Translations under genes and position numbers: made by a program
DNA from: Myxococcota bacterium
GTDB lineage: Bacteria; Myxococcota_A; SURF-8; G963663525
Assembly: GCA_963676915.2 (NCBI GenBank)
Contig: CAXXVK010000006.1
Coordinates: forward strand, 32,001 to 96,000
Reading direction: 5' to 3'
DNA length: 64,000 nt
Shown: one piece after another, positions 29,760 to 40,263 of the stretch
Layout of the letters: each line of letters begins with the position of its first letter
Position numbering within the stretch: position 1 is the first letter of the stretch
The notes under the pieces: model-generated
What the model was told of the DNA's origin: nothing
The model's database searches: none
Seen by the model: the letters and a program-made list of their open reading frames with translations, nothing else

Positions 29760-32700
29760 TTACGGCGTACCGGAGGAAACGGGCTCTTCCGGTAAGGAGT
29801 CCGAAGCTTGTTTTTCTCCCCACTCTCTCGGAGGAAGTCCGAACAGTTTGCGCATACGTTCGGAAAATGCATCCACTAGGGAATACAGGCTCGGAACGAC
29901 AAACAAGGTCAAAAACGTGGCGAACACAAGACCCCAGATCATGCAAATCGCCATAGGTTGCCACGTCGGCGAAACACCGCCGATTCCCAATGCCAGCGGC
30001 ATCATACCAAATACGGTAGTCACTGTTGTCAATAGAATCGGTCGTACGCGAGCCACTCCGGCTTGCACCAGGGCTTCACGCCGTTTCATACCTTGCATAC
30101 GACCGTTTTGAATGAATTCCACAAGCACAATGGCATCGTTGACGACAACTCCGGCCAGTGCCACCACGCTGATACCGGCAACGAGGCTGAAATCCAGTCC
30201 TGTGACGACCAGACCGATAATGACACCGATGACCGCAAACGGAACGGTGAACATAATGATCAACGGTTGCAGATAACTTCCGAATTGTGCTCCTAAAATC
30301 AGGTAAATCAGCAACAAAGCGACTCCGAAGGCTTCGATCAGCGAACCGAAACTTTCCGCCGTTTTCTGAGCTTCTCCACCATAATCCAACGAGTATCCGG
30401 GGAATCGCATGGAAAACGTGCGGTAGCGATCTTTGATGATTTGGTTGGCTTCGTGCGAATTGATGATTTTTTCGTTCACGTTGGCGGTTATGGTGATCGA
30501 ACGCTTTCCGTTGTAGCGCCGGATCGCAGCAGCGCCTCGTCCCATGTCGAAGTGTCCCAGTTCGCTCAAGGCGATTTTTCCACCTTGTGCCGTGACGATT
30601 TTCAGTCGTTTCAGTTCGTTGATAGAGGAGCGGTCTTCGTCACGATACTTGACGATGACCTTGATTTCGTCGCCGTCCGCTTCGCGGAATGCAGTGGCTT
30701 CGGTGCCGTCGATGGCAGTGCGGATTGTCTGCGCTACCTGACCCATCGTTGTTCCGTAAATGGCAAGTTTTTCCCGGTGAGGGATGAAGCGGATTTCTCG
30801 CTTGCCGATCTCGTAATCGCTGCGAACGTCGAAAATCCCCTCGGTTTTTTTCAATTCCTCGCTGATTTCGGTAGCGATTTCATTGAGTCGCACGATGTCG
30901 TCTCCGCGTACGCGCAATTCCACCGGCATTCCCGTGGGTGGCGCTCCGTGGCCTTCTTCTTTGAATTCGATCGTTGCGATTCCGGCGATGCGGTCAAAGC
31001 CGTCTCGCAGATCTTTTTTAACGGTTTCCAGCGGGCGGCGGCCTTCTTCGACTTCGTACAGGTCGATATCCATCATGGCCACATTCGTACGTTCGGACCA
31101 CTGGTAGTTTTCGATGATCAATCCCGTAACCGAACTGACATTTTTGATATCGGTTTTCGGAAGGGTCAAGGCGTGTTGCTCCATCTTTTGAACGATGGCG
31201 AGCGTTTCTTCCTGTCTTGTTCCAACCGGCATTCGCACGTGGATGCTCAACGTGTCAGGGTCCTCGGTGTAGAACAATTTTACTCGCAACGTCTGGAAAC
31301 CAACGGCGATGAGCACCAGGGTGAAAATCATCGTCCCGGCCACGAGCGAAATTCGCCAGTTTAAAGCCACGTTGATTTGACGAATATAGGCTTTTTTCAA
31401 CCAGTTGAATACTCGGTCTCCCATGCGTTCTCGGTTGGGATCGGGCGCTTTGCCCCAATCGGCCATATGGACCGGCAACACGACCAGTGCTTCTATCAGC
31501 GAAGCCGCCAGGGCGCAGCCCACGGCAATGGGCAGCACGGCCATGAATTTTCCGATGACGCCTGACATCATCAGCAAGGGCAAGAACGCTGCGATGGAGG
31601 TCAGCACGGCGGATACCACCGGGACAGCCACTTCCTTCGTGCCTTCGAGTGCAGCTCTGAAGGTGCTTTTTCCCATTTCCATATGTCGGTAAATATTTTC
31701 TATGACGATGATGGCATCGTCCACAAGCATTCCCAGCACCAGAATGAAGGCAAAAAGACTCAGCGTGTTGATGGTATGCCCGATGGAATTTAGCGCCCAG
31801 AACGTTGTCAAAAAGGCGAAGGGAATGCCGATCAGAGCGAAAATCGCCGTTCGGAATCCCATAAAGAACCAGATGCAAACTGCAACCATGAGCATGCCTT
31901 GCAATGCGCTGAACGAAAGCACGTTGAGGCTGCTGCGGACTTCGTCCGAGGCATCGAAAACGTACCGCATTTCCATATCTTGCAGTTTTTTTCGATAGCG
32001 GTCGGCGATTTCCCGTGTGTCATCCACAACATTGATGACCGATCCGTCGCGTTTCATGAATACGTCCAAGCGGAGTTGGTTTTTTCCGTTCAGGCGTGCA
32101 ACAATGCGATCGTCTTCGTATGTGTCGATGACTTCGGCCACATCGCCGATGGTTGCCACGCGGCCATCAGGACCGGCGAGAATCGGTAACTTGCTGATTT
32201 CTTCTGCGGTTTTGACTTCACCCATGGTACGGACGAGAAATTCCTCGCGTCCCATTTCGACTTTACCGGCGGGAATGTTGACGCTGGCCACAGACAGGCT
32301 TTGCACCAGGGCTTGTAGGCTGATGCCATAAGCTTCCATTTTGTCGCGGTCGGCTTGGACCCAGATTTCCTTTTCCAACGTTCCACGGAAACTCACCGAA
32401 CTGACGCCTTCGACCTCACGGATTTCCTCGGCCATGTCGTCTGCGATTTCTTCCAGTCCCTCAAGATCGTATTCACCACCCAGGGCGATTCCCAGAACCG
32501 GCCAGATTTCGTCCGATGCGATTTTCAAGGTAAACGGATCTTCCATATCTTCCGGTAGATCCTGCGCTTTGTCGATTTCGGTTTTGAATTCGTCAAAGGC
32601 CCGGTCGAATTCCAACTCGGTCATACCGGGTTCGTATTCGAGAAAGACGACGGTTTTTCCTTCCTCGGACGAGGAAGCGTAATGGTCCAGATCGTCCAAA

Positions 32701-32915
32701 CTTTTGACCTGGTCTTCTACCGGCAACGTGACCAGTTTTTCCATTTCCTCGGGAGCCACACCGGGATAAATGTAAACGGCCAGGGCTTCGTCCATCGAGA
32801 CGCGTGGAGAGTTTTCACGCGGCATACTCGATACGGCTAACAGACCCGCTACCGACAGTACGACGACCAGCAGGTTGGCCATTACCGGTCGTTCCAAAAA
32901 AACTTTGATCAGCAT
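29760..32915 (-). CDS. RND efflux transporter (AcrB/AcrD/AcrF family)
   Basis: YPGVAPEEMEKLVT, GMLVDDAIIVIENI, GVVVNDAIVLV, RVRPILLTT, TLFVVPSLY. Confidence 0.95.
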   Translation of the reverse strand: MLIKVFLERPVMANLLVVVLSVAGLLAVSSMPRENSPRVSMDEALAVYIYPGVAPEEMEKLVTLPVEDQVKSLDDLDHYASSSEEGKTVVFLEYEPGMTELEFDRAFDEFKTEIDKAQDLPEDMEDPFTLKIASDEIWPVLGIALGGEYDLEGLEEIADDMAEEIREVEGVSSVSFRGTLEKEIWVQADRDKMEAYGISLQALVQSLSVASVNIPAGKVEMGREEFLVRTMGEVKTAEEISKLPILAGPDGRVATIGDVAEVIDTYEDDRIVARLNGKNQLRLDVFMKRDGSVINVVDDTREIADRYRKKLQDMEMRYVFDASDEVRSSLNVLSFSALQGMLMVAVCIWFFMGFRTAIFALIGIPFAFLTTFWALNSIGHTINTLSLFAFILVLGMLVDDAIIVIENIYRHMEMGKSTFRAALEGTKEVAVPVVSAVLTSIAAFLPLLMMSGVIGKFMAVLPIAVGCALAASLIEALVVLPVHMADWGKAPDPNRERMGDRVFNWLKKAYIRQINVALNWRISLVAGTMIFTLVLIAVGFQTLRVKLFYTEDPDTLSIHVRMPVGTRQEETLAIVQKMEQHALTLPKTDIKNVSSVTGLIIENYQWSERTNVAMMDIDLYEVEEGRRPLETVKKDLRDGFDRIAGIATIEFKEEGHGAPPTGMPVELRVRGDDIVRLNEIATEISEELKKTEGIFDVRSDYEIGKREIRFIPHREKLAIYGTTMGQVAQTIRTAIDGTEATAFREADGDEIKVIVKYRDEDRSSINELKRLKIVTAQGGKIALSELGHFDMGRGAAAIRRYNGKRSITITANVNEKIINSHEANQIIKDRYRTFSMRFPGYSLDYGGEAQKTAESFGSLIEAFGVALLLIYLILGAQFGSYLQPLIIMFTVPFAVIGVIIGLVVTGLDFSLVAGISVVALAGVVVNDAIVLVEFIQNGRMQGMKRREALVQAGVARVRPILLTTVTTVFGMMPLALGIGGVSPTWQPMAICMIWGLVFATFLTLFVVPSLYSLVDAFSERMRKLFGLPPREWGEKQASDSLPEEPVSSGTP

Positions 32916-32916
32916 G

Positions 32917-34050
32917 TTATTCTCCGCCTTCTTGCGGATCGTTTTCATGAACGGTGACGCGCACTAAATCGCCGTCCTTCAGGTTTCGTTGTCCTACCAC
33001 CACCACTTTGTCCCCAACTTCAAGCCCTTGCTCGATGATGATCCTCGTTCCGACCTGTGCTCCCAACGTGACTTCTTTTTCTTTGGCTGTTGCACCGTCG
33101 CCGAGCAAATACACATAATGTCGATTGTAGCGTTCGATGACTTCGTCCTGTGCCAGAAGAATTCGAGGCTGCGGTTTTTGGGTGGAAAGCACGGTTTTGG
33201 CAACCATGCCGATTTTCAACCCGGCGGTTTGACCTTCAAGACGAATGCGCACAGGGAAATTCATGGCGGGGGAGAGGACTTTCGGGCCGATGCCCTCGAC
33301 GATTCCCTGGAACTCTTTTTTCGGTAATGCCGGAACGGAAACATGGACGGTTTGTCCAACTTCGACATGCTGAATATCGTTTTCGCTGAAGCCGACTTCC
33401 ATTTCCAGGCTATCCATATCGACCAACGTTACGACCTGCATTCCCTGAACGAGAAGTTCTCCCTCTTGTACGAATTTCTGAGCAACGACCCCGGAAAAAG
33501 GTGCTTGAACTTTTGTCAAGCGAAGATTTCGCCGAGCCTGAGCCAAGGCGGCATCCGCCTGTTTGAGGGTGGCTTCACTTCGTTGCAGGGCGAAACGGGC
33601 TTGGTCGTATGCCGCTTCGGAAATATCTTTGCTACTCCATAACTCTTCGGAACGTTTCGCGTTTTTCTCCGCTTCCCGAAGCGCGACGAGAGCATTGGTG
33701 TACGCTGCGCTGGCTTGATCGAGTGCAATACGATATGGTTCGGGATCGATACTGACGAGCAGGCCGTCTTTATCCACGGCATCACCGATATCCACCGGAG
33801 CTTCAAGGATTTTTCCGGCGATCTCGGAGGTGATCGTCGCCTCGCGATGAGCCTGAACGATGCCGCTGGACTCGATCAGGGGCGAGACTTCTTCGGTTTC
33901 CATAACCCGAATTTCGACCGTAATTTTTTTTACGACTTCCGCTTCACCCGTTTCTTCCGGTGAAGCCTTGGAAGAATCATCCTCTCCACAGTTCAGAGAC
34001 AGAAAAAAGAGGAACAAAAAGCAAACTCCGACGACTCTTTTTATATTCAT
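32917..34050 (-). CDS. RND periplasmic adaptor (membrane fusion protein)
   Basis: ITSEIAGKI, helical hairpin, VQAPFSGVV, GLEVGDKVVVVGQRNLKDG. Confidence 0.92.
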   Translation of the reverse strand: MNIKRVVGVCFLFLFFLSLNCGEDDSSKASPEETGEAEVVKKITVEIRVMETEEVSPLIESSGIVQAHREATITSEIAGKILEAPVDIGDAVDKDGLLVSIDPEPYRIALDQASAAYTNALVALREAEKNAKRSEELWSSKDISEAAYDQARFALQRSEATLKQADAALAQARRNLRLTKVQAPFSGVVAQKFVQEGELLVQGMQVVTLVDMDSLEMEVGFSENDIQHVEVGQTVHVSVPALPKKEFQGIVEGIGPKVLSPAMNFPVRIRLEGQTAGLKIGMVAKTVLSTQKPQPRILLAQDEVIERYNRHYVYLLGDGATAKEKEVTLGAQVGTRIIIEQGLEVGDKVVVVGQRNLKDGDLVRVTVHENDPQEGGE

Positions 34051-34165
34051 CGATTTACTCCTGAAACCCATCATGATCCGATCATGGTCAAGCTGCCTTA
34101 AGGAGTCAAGAAGAAGTATTGATTAACAGAAATGTAATGGAACATGGGACGTTCGGAGCTGTCAT

Positions 34166-36208
34166 TTATCTGCGAATCGAAACGAACCGAAGTACAATAT
34201 TTTCCGTAAGATAGGACTCTTTTTCGACAGGTTGAGCAGGGACGATTTTTTCTGCCAAAACCAATTGTTTTCGTCGTTCGAGGAAACGGCAGAATTCTTC
34301 CGCATCGGCGTCCGGGTGGCGAATGGAACAGATCGCCCCGGAATAGGCAATCAGGCAGCGTTCCGAGCGGTCAGGATTCGATTGGAAGTCAGCATACCGT
34401 AAAACGTTGCTCGATAGGTTTTCGAACAACAACGGATGGGGTTGTAACGGTCCTCGTGTGGAAACAGGTGGAGGTAGCAGTAGCGTGCAGGTGTTATCGA
34501 GGGTGGGGGAAGTGTCTCGGATGAATTGCAATTCCTCGTGGATGACGGTGCGTTCGCTTGGAAAATTTCGTGCGGGAATCGGCAGGATTTCGAGAACCAG
34601 CAACAAACCGAAAAGCCAGGTTACGAAGGACCGGGAAGGGGAACCTTTGGGAAACATGGAGAATAAAATTGCTGCCGCACTGGCGTAGAACAGGCATAGA
34701 ATCCAGAAATAAGGCGGGAAATAATGGTAAAAACCGAACGATGTCGAAAGGTTGAAGCCGTAGGGCATGTACGGCAGAATGGATGTTGCGCCGAGCAAAA
34801 GAATGGCGGCGAACCATCGAGGACGTTTCCAGGCTGTCAGCATCACGCAAACGGGCAACAGTAGTGGAGCAAGCGCCGGAAGGAGTTTCGTTTCGAGTCC
34901 TACGGCGGGAATGAACAGGGCGGGAAGGGCTTTCCAACTCCATTCTTGTCGTCCAAGAACGAACCACTCGTCGGCGTGGTCGGTTTGCCAGGTGCCGGAA
35001 AGCGTCCAAAGATGCGGCAGGACAAATGCAAGAAGCACGGCAAGTTCGGGCCATAAGACCCACCGGGAAGTTTTTTGTCCTTTGCGCAGGAGAACGAAAC
35101 CGATCCACGGAATAAAAAGGGCCATTTCGATTCGGATCTGATAGGCCAGACCCAGCGCGAGTGATGCAAAAATTGCCGAAAATACGGCTTTTTTTGTGAA
35201 TTGCGCGGCGAGTAGAGCTGAAAGGACCAAGGTCAGAGCCAAGGATATTGGTTCGGTCGTGTATCCGAAGCGAATCAGCAAAGGGCAGGCCAGCACGAAA
35301 ACAGCGGCGGCAAGACCGGCGGCGGAATTTTGAAAGAGTTTTTTCGTGGCGATTCGGGTAAGGGGAACCAGAAGACTTGAAACGAGCAAATTGGCCAGAC
35401 CGAGAACGGCAACGGAAGTGCCTCCCAACAGAAATACGAGATACTGCCAGGCTTCATTGCCGCATGCATGTATGTTGAACGCCTGACACGTCGCCGCAGG
35501 TTGCGCCATGGAAATCAGGCGAATGTTGTATATTCCCGGCTCAAGGTCGGTCAATGTTCCACGAACGAGCAACGCCAGCAGAAAAAGCCCACTATCAAAG
35601 AGGAATTCCTTCGGTTGATGGCGAACGTAGAAACATAAACTACCAATTCCGAAGAGTAAAAAAACGAGGAAACCGGCGAAGGAAAGAACGAAGTCGTAAG
35701 GCCATGGTGAAAGGGAAGGGGAATCCTTTTGGACTTGCAAAGGAGGGGCGCGAGTTTCCCAGGCTTCGTCGGCTTTGAGGGGAAGTTTTTGCAACTTTTG
35801 AGCGAATTGCACGAAAAAATCATCGGGGGAACGATCGCTGCATATCGAAAAGACGGCACTGTGTCCCAAGGAATGGTCAGGGCAGGTCTGGTCTGGGTGG
35901 AGCAGGCGAAGTGTCGTGACGGGTTCCTGGTTCGCACGAAAAACCAGTATGATACCGTTTTGATCCGATGAAAGATCGACATCTCCACCGGGACGTTGTT
36001 TGGCTACGTTTTCGGCTAACGGCCAAACGGCTTCAACGGCGGTTTTCGTAGGTGCGGAAGATACATTACCTGCAAAAGAGATGTTACAGCAAAACGTGCC
36101 TATTCCTACGAAAAGAATGAAGGATAGGAGAACGCAACGGTGGGTGGTCCTGTGAGTTATTCGTTTTTCGGACAAGGACGCCAAAGCCGGATACTCCATA
36201 GAAGTCAT
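34166..36208 (-). CDS. Polytopic membrane protein, probable GT-C (PMT/ArnT-like) glycosyltransferase
   Basis: About 11 hydrophobic segments; AGLAAAVF...PLLIRF...TE and QIRIE patterns. Confidence 0.55.
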   Translation of the reverse strand: MTSMEYPALASLSEKRITHRTTHRCVLLSFILFVGIGTFCCNISFAGNVSSAPTKTAVEAVWPLAENVAKQRPGGDVDLSSDQNGIILVFRANQEPVTTLRLLHPDQTCPDHSLGHSAVFSICSDRSPDDFFVQFAQKLQKLPLKADEAWETRAPPLQVQKDSPSLSPWPYDFVLSFAGFLVFLLFGIGSLCFYVRHQPKEFLFDSGLFLLALLVRGTLTDLEPGIYNIRLISMAQPAATCQAFNIHACGNEAWQYLVFLLGGTSVAVLGLANLLVSSLLVPLTRIATKKLFQNSAAGLAAAVFVLACPLLIRFGYTTEPISLALTLVLSALLAAQFTKKAVFSAIFASLALGLAYQIRIEMALFIPWIGFVLLRKGQKTSRWVLWPELAVLLAFVLPHLWTLSGTWQTDHADEWFVLGRQEWSWKALPALFIPAVGLETKLLPALAPLLLPVCVMLTAWKRPRWFAAILLLGATSILPYMPYGFNLSTSFGFYHYFPPYFWILCLFYASAAAILFSMFPKGSPSRSFVTWLFGLLLVLEILPIPARNFPSERTVIHEELQFIRDTSPTLDNTCTLLLPPPVSTRGPLQPHPLLFENLSSNVLRYADFQSNPDRSERCLIAYSGAICSIRHPDADAEEFCRFLERRKQLVLAEKIVPAQPVEKESYLTENIVLRFVSIRR

Positions 36209-36444
36209 GGTGAAAGATAACTATTGGATTACGCTACATGGAAAATCGAAAGATTGGAACGACTTTGTTGGGTAGAATGGGTTTTTTGGCCTGTGACAGC
36301 GGAATGTCACAATAATCACAAGAAAAGCTCGAAAAAAACTCGATTTTCCGATAATCTTTTTGTATAAATCTGCGTGCAAATGTTTCTTAATTAACAATTG
36401 AACCAATTAAAGCCAATTATGGCGAAACAACGAAAGGATGAACC

Positions 36445-37017
36445 ATGGAGCTTAAAGGAAGCCAGACTGAAAAGAATTTGTTGATGGCCTTTGCCGGGGA
36501 ATCTCAGGCCCGTAACCGCTATACGTATTTTGCGAAACAAGCGCAAAAAGAAGGTTTCAAGCAGATTGAGTCGGTTTTTGCGATTACCGCCGAGCAGGAA
36601 GTTCAGCACGCCAAGCGCTTTTTCCGCTTTTTGGAAGGTGGCGACGTGGAAATTACCGCTGCGTATCCGGCTGGGAAAATCGGTACGACCGCCGAGAACC
36701 TCAAGGCCGCAGCCGATGGCGAGAACCACGAGCACAGCTCGATGTATCCCGAAATGGCTCGTGTAGCCCGTGAAGAGGGATTTGAAGCCGTTGCCATCGT
36801 GTTCGAAAAAGTCTGCATCGCAGAACAATACCACGAAGAGCGTTTTCGGGATTTGCTGAAGAATGTCGAAGCCGGTACCGTGTTCAAAAAGGAAAAACCG
36901 GTTCGTTGGGCTTGCCGCAATTGCGGATATGTGCACGAAGGAACGGAAGCTCCCGAGAAGTGCCCGGCCTGCGCCCATCCGCAAGCGCATTTCGAAGTTG
37001 CCCCCGACAACTACTGA
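36445..37017 (+). CDS. rbr: Rubrerythrin
   Basis: AFAGESQARNRY, EVQH, GENHE, EQYH, C-terminal CRNCG...CPAC. Confidence 0.97.
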   Translation: MELKGSQTEKNLLMAFAGESQARNRYTYFAKQAQKEGFKQIESVFAITAEQEVQHAKRFFRFLEGGDVEITAAYPAGKIGTTAENLKAAADGENHEHSSMYPEMARVAREEGFEAVAIVFEKVCIAEQYHEERFRDLLKNVEAGTVFKKEKPVRWACRNCGYVHEGTEAPEKCPACAHPQAHFEVAPDNY

Positions 37018-37026
37018 TCCTAAAAT

Positions 37027-37061
37027 GTTGGGAGAAAATCCATCCCGGATTTTCTCCCAAC
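37027..37061. terminator. Perfect 15-bp hairpin between convergent genes
   Basis: GTTGGGAGAAAATCC-ATCCC-GGATTTTCTCCCAAC. Confidence 0.75.
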
Positions 37062-37074
37062 GGTTCGATATCTT

Positions 37075-38571
37075 TTAGCTTTCCAGATCCCATTTCCCCA
37101 GAGTTTGCCAGGGAGTCGGTAATCCGGCATCCTGCTTTTCAACGAAATCCCGGTGGGATGATGTCGAGGGTAGGAGTTGGTCCGCTACGTAGGCTGCTGC
37201 CATGACGTCGAGAGCGTCGTCCGGTTTCCAGTCGCCAAAGTGACGTTCGATGAAATCGGTTGTGGTATCTCCTTGACGAAAAGCCTCCGAGCGAAGAGCC
37301 GCCAGCAGGAAATCCACTGACGTTCGTACTCCTAAAAACGCCGTTCGTTCCAGTGCTCGGATCATTTTCGCGAGTGCGGCGGGGCGATCCTCGGCGTGGA
37401 CGATCAGTTTGCTTAAAATCGGGTCGTAATGGACGGGTACCTCGTATCCTTCGTATACCCCGCAATCGTGACGGATTCCCGGACCTGCGGGTTCGTGCAT
37501 CGCCAGGATTTTTCCCGGTGAAGGCGCGAAATTCTGCGCGGCGTCTTCGGCGTAGATCCGGCATTCGATCGCATGTCCTCGAATCTGCAAGTCCTCTTGT
37601 GCAAACGGCAATTTATATCCATTGGCAATGTCGATTTGTCTCCGTACCAGGTCGAGGCCGGTGATCATTTCCGTCACCGGATGTTCCACTTGAATTCGTG
37701 CGTTGACTTCGAGGAAATAGAACGATTCGTCCGAATCCACCAGAAATTCCACCGTGCCTGCGTTGGTATATCCGGCAGCTTTGGCGGCAGCGATGGCGGC
37801 TTGGCCCATGGCCTGTCGGGTTTTCTCGCTGATGAACGGCGAGGGCGCTTCTTCGATGATTTTCTGGTGGCGGCGCTGAATTGAACATTCGCGCTCGAAC
37901 AGGTGCACGACCTGCCCGTGTTCGTCGGCAAGAATTTGAATTTCCACATGCCGTGGACGTTCGAGGTATTTTTCAAGGTAGATGGAGCCGTCTCCGAAGG
38001 CCGTTCCCGCTTCGCTGGAGGCGTCCCGGCAGGCATCGGCGAGCAGGGACGGATCGTTCACCACGCGCATTCCTTTGCCACCGCCACCGGCACTGGCTTT
38101 GATGAGCAACGGGTACCCGATGTCCTCGGCGGCGGCTTGCAGTTTTTCGGGGTCGCTCTCCGGTTTGGTCAAGCCGGGGATAATCGGCACTCCCGATTGT
38201 TGCATCAGACGTCGGGCGCGTGTTTTATCGCCGAGTAAAGACATCGCCTCGGCTCGGGGACCGATGAACGTCAATCCGGCATCCGTAACGGCTTTGGCAA
38301 AAGCCGGACTTTCGGAAAGAAAACCATATCCCGGATGGATGGCGTCCGAATCGGTATTTTTCGCAGCCTCGATGATTTTTTCGATATTCAGGTAAGAGGC
38401 GGCGGGTTCCGGCGCACCCAGGCAGACGCTTTCATCCGCTTCGAAAACATGCAAGGCTTTCTCGTCGGCCTCCGAATATACGGCGACCGAGGCGAGGTTC
38501 ATTTCTTTCAACGTGCGAAGAATGCGGACGGCGATTTCCCCGCGATTGGCGACCAGGACTTTTTTGATCAT
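37075..38571 (-). CDS. Biotin carboxylase subunit of an acyl-CoA carboxylase (no biotinyl domain)
   Basis: ANRGEIA, HPGYGFLSE, GGGGKGMR, ERECSIQRRHQK, NARIQVEHPVTE; no AMKM motif. Confidence 0.93.
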   Translation of the reverse strand: MIKKVLVANRGEIAVRILRTLKEMNLASVAVYSEADEKALHVFEADESVCLGAPEPAASYLNIEKIIEAAKNTDSDAIHPGYGFLSESPAFAKAVTDAGLTFIGPRAEAMSLLGDKTRARRLMQQSGVPIIPGLTKPESDPEKLQAAAEDIGYPLLIKASAGGGGKGMRVVNDPSLLADACRDASSEAGTAFGDGSIYLEKYLERPRHVEIQILADEHGQVVHLFERECSIQRRHQKIIEEAPSPFISEKTRQAMGQAAIAAAKAAGYTNAGTVEFLVDSDESFYFLEVNARIQVEHPVTEMITGLDLVRRQIDIANGYKLPFAQEDLQIRGHAIECRIYAEDAAQNFAPSPGKILAMHEPAGPGIRHDCGVYEGYEVPVHYDPILSKLIVHAEDRPAALAKMIRALERTAFLGVRTSVDFLLAALRSEAFRQGDTTTDFIERHFGDWKPDDALDVMAAAYVADQLLPSTSSHRDFVEKQDAGLPTPWQTLGKWDLES

Positions 38572-38581
38572 TTTCGCCCCC

Positions 38582-40198
38582 TTACATGCGGAAGGTGCCG
38601 TGCCCCTGCTGCCGTTCGGACAGCGGAGCGTTGAGCGAAACCGAAAGCGCCAGTCCCAGCACGTCGCGGGTTTTGGCCGGGTCCAGGATACCATCGTCCC
38701 AGAGGTTCGCCGTGGAATAATATGCATTGCCCTCTTTGCGGGCGGTTTCTAAGATAGGCTGTTTGATCGCCTCGACGAATTCTTTCGGCAGTGGCGGGCT
38801 GCCTTCGCGGGAAAGCTGGTCGTTTTTCACCGAAACCAGCACGTCGGCGGCTTGTTCGCCGCCCATGACGCCGATTTCCGCGTTGGGCCACATCCAGAGG
38901 AACCGGGGACTGTATGCCCGACCGCACATGCCGTAATTTCCGGCACCGAAGCTCGCGCCGACGACCACCGTGAATTTGGGAACCGTTGCCGTCGCTACCG
39001 CATTGACCATTTTATGACCGTCTTTGGTGATCCCGCCCCGTTCGTACTCGCGGCCAATGATGTATCCGTTGATATTCTGAAGGAATACCAGCGGGATGCC
39101 TTGCCGATCGCACAGAGAAATGAACTGTGTAGCTTTCAACGAGGAATCCGAGAATAAAATACCGTTGTTTCCAAGAATTCCAACCATATAGCCGTGAATG
39201 AATGCGAAACCGCAGATCAGCGTCGGACCATACAGGGCTTTGAACTCCTGAAACTCCGAGCCGTCCACCATGCGAGCGATGACCTCGCGGATGTCGTACG
39301 GCGTCGAAAGTTTTTCGGGTACGATACCGTAGATTTCCTTCGGGTCGTACTCCGGTTCTTTGGCGGGTCGTCGCTTGATGTCGCTTTTGGGATGGGGCGG
39401 AAGCAATTCGGTGAGATCGCGTACGATGTCGATGGCGTGGGCGTCGTCCTCGGCGAAATAATCCGAAACACCGGATTCGCTGCAATGGACCATCGCGCCG
39501 CCCAGTTCTTCGGCGGTGACTTCTTCGCCGGTAGCGGCCTTGACCAGCGGAGGACCGCCAAGAAAGATCGCGCCTGTATTCTTGACATGTACGACGTGGT
39601 CGCTCATGGCGGGAACATACGCGCCACCGGCCGTGCACAATCCCATTACCGCGCAAATCTGCGGAATGTTCATTTTCGAAATGATCGCCTGGTTGTAGAA
39701 CACCCGGCCACCGTCATCGACATCCGGAAAGATTTCCGACTGCATCGGCAAAAAAGCGCCACCGGAGTCCACAAGGTGAATCATCGGCAGGTGGTTTTCC
39801 ATCACGATGGTCTGGCAGCGTAGGGTTTTCTTGACACCCATGGGGTAGATGGTGCCGCCTTTGATCATTGGGTCGTTGGCGTGAACCAGCACTTCCCGGC
39901 CATTGACGAGACCGATTCCGGCGCGTGTTCCCGCGCCGTGAACCCTCCCGCCGTACATATCCTTTGCGGCGAGCGGAGCGATTTCGAGCCAGGGAGAGTT
40001 TTTGTCGAGCAGCTTGTCCAAGCGTTCCTGAACTGTAAGTTTTCCCAACTCGGCGTTGCGGGCGCGGGCTTTGTCGCTTCGGTCTTCACGAGCCTGCTTG
40101 AGGTTTTCTTTCAATTCCTCGACAAGTTGGGTCATGTGTTCGCGGTTTTTGGTAAACTGTTCGCTTTGGGTGTCGATTTGCGTTTCAATGCGTTCCAT
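38582..40198 (-). CDS. Carboxyltransferase beta subunit, methylcrotonyl-CoA carboxylase-like (LiuB/MccB family)
   Basis: LVDSGGAFLP, GRVFYNQA, CTAGGAYVPAMSD, GGPPLVKAATGE, GAGNYGMCGRAYSPRF. Confidence 0.92.
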   Translation of the reverse strand: MERIETQIDTQSEQFTKNREHMTQLVEELKENLKQAREDRSDKARARNAELGKLTVQERLDKLLDKNSPWLEIAPLAAKDMYGGRVHGAGTRAGIGLVNGREVLVHANDPMIKGGTIYPMGVKKTLRCQTIVMENHLPMIHLVDSGGAFLPMQSEIFPDVDDGGRVFYNQAIISKMNIPQICAVMGLCTAGGAYVPAMSDHVVHVKNTGAIFLGGPPLVKAATGEEVTAEELGGAMVHCSESGVSDYFAEDDAHAIDIVRDLTELLPPHPKSDIKRRPAKEPEYDPKEIYGIVPEKLSTPYDIREVIARMVDGSEFQEFKALYGPTLICGFAFIHGYMVGILGNNGILFSDSSLKATQFISLCDRQGIPLVFLQNINGYIIGREYERGGITKDGHKMVNAVATATVPKFTVVVGASFGAGNYGMCGRAYSPRFLWMWPNAEIGVMGGEQAADVLVSVKNDQLSREGSPPLPKEFVEAIKQPILETARKEGNAYYSTANLWDDGILDPAKTRDVLGLALSVSLNAPLSERQQGHGTFRM

Positions 40199-40263
40199 GG
40201 TCGTTTTCCGGTCAGCGTTGTTTTAAGATCTTTCAAGACAAACGAAAAAGAGGGATGAAAGAA

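Noticed and set aside
36330-36440. AT-rich dyads upstream of rbr as a PerR/Fur box
   Set aside because: No convincing match to a known consensus by eye
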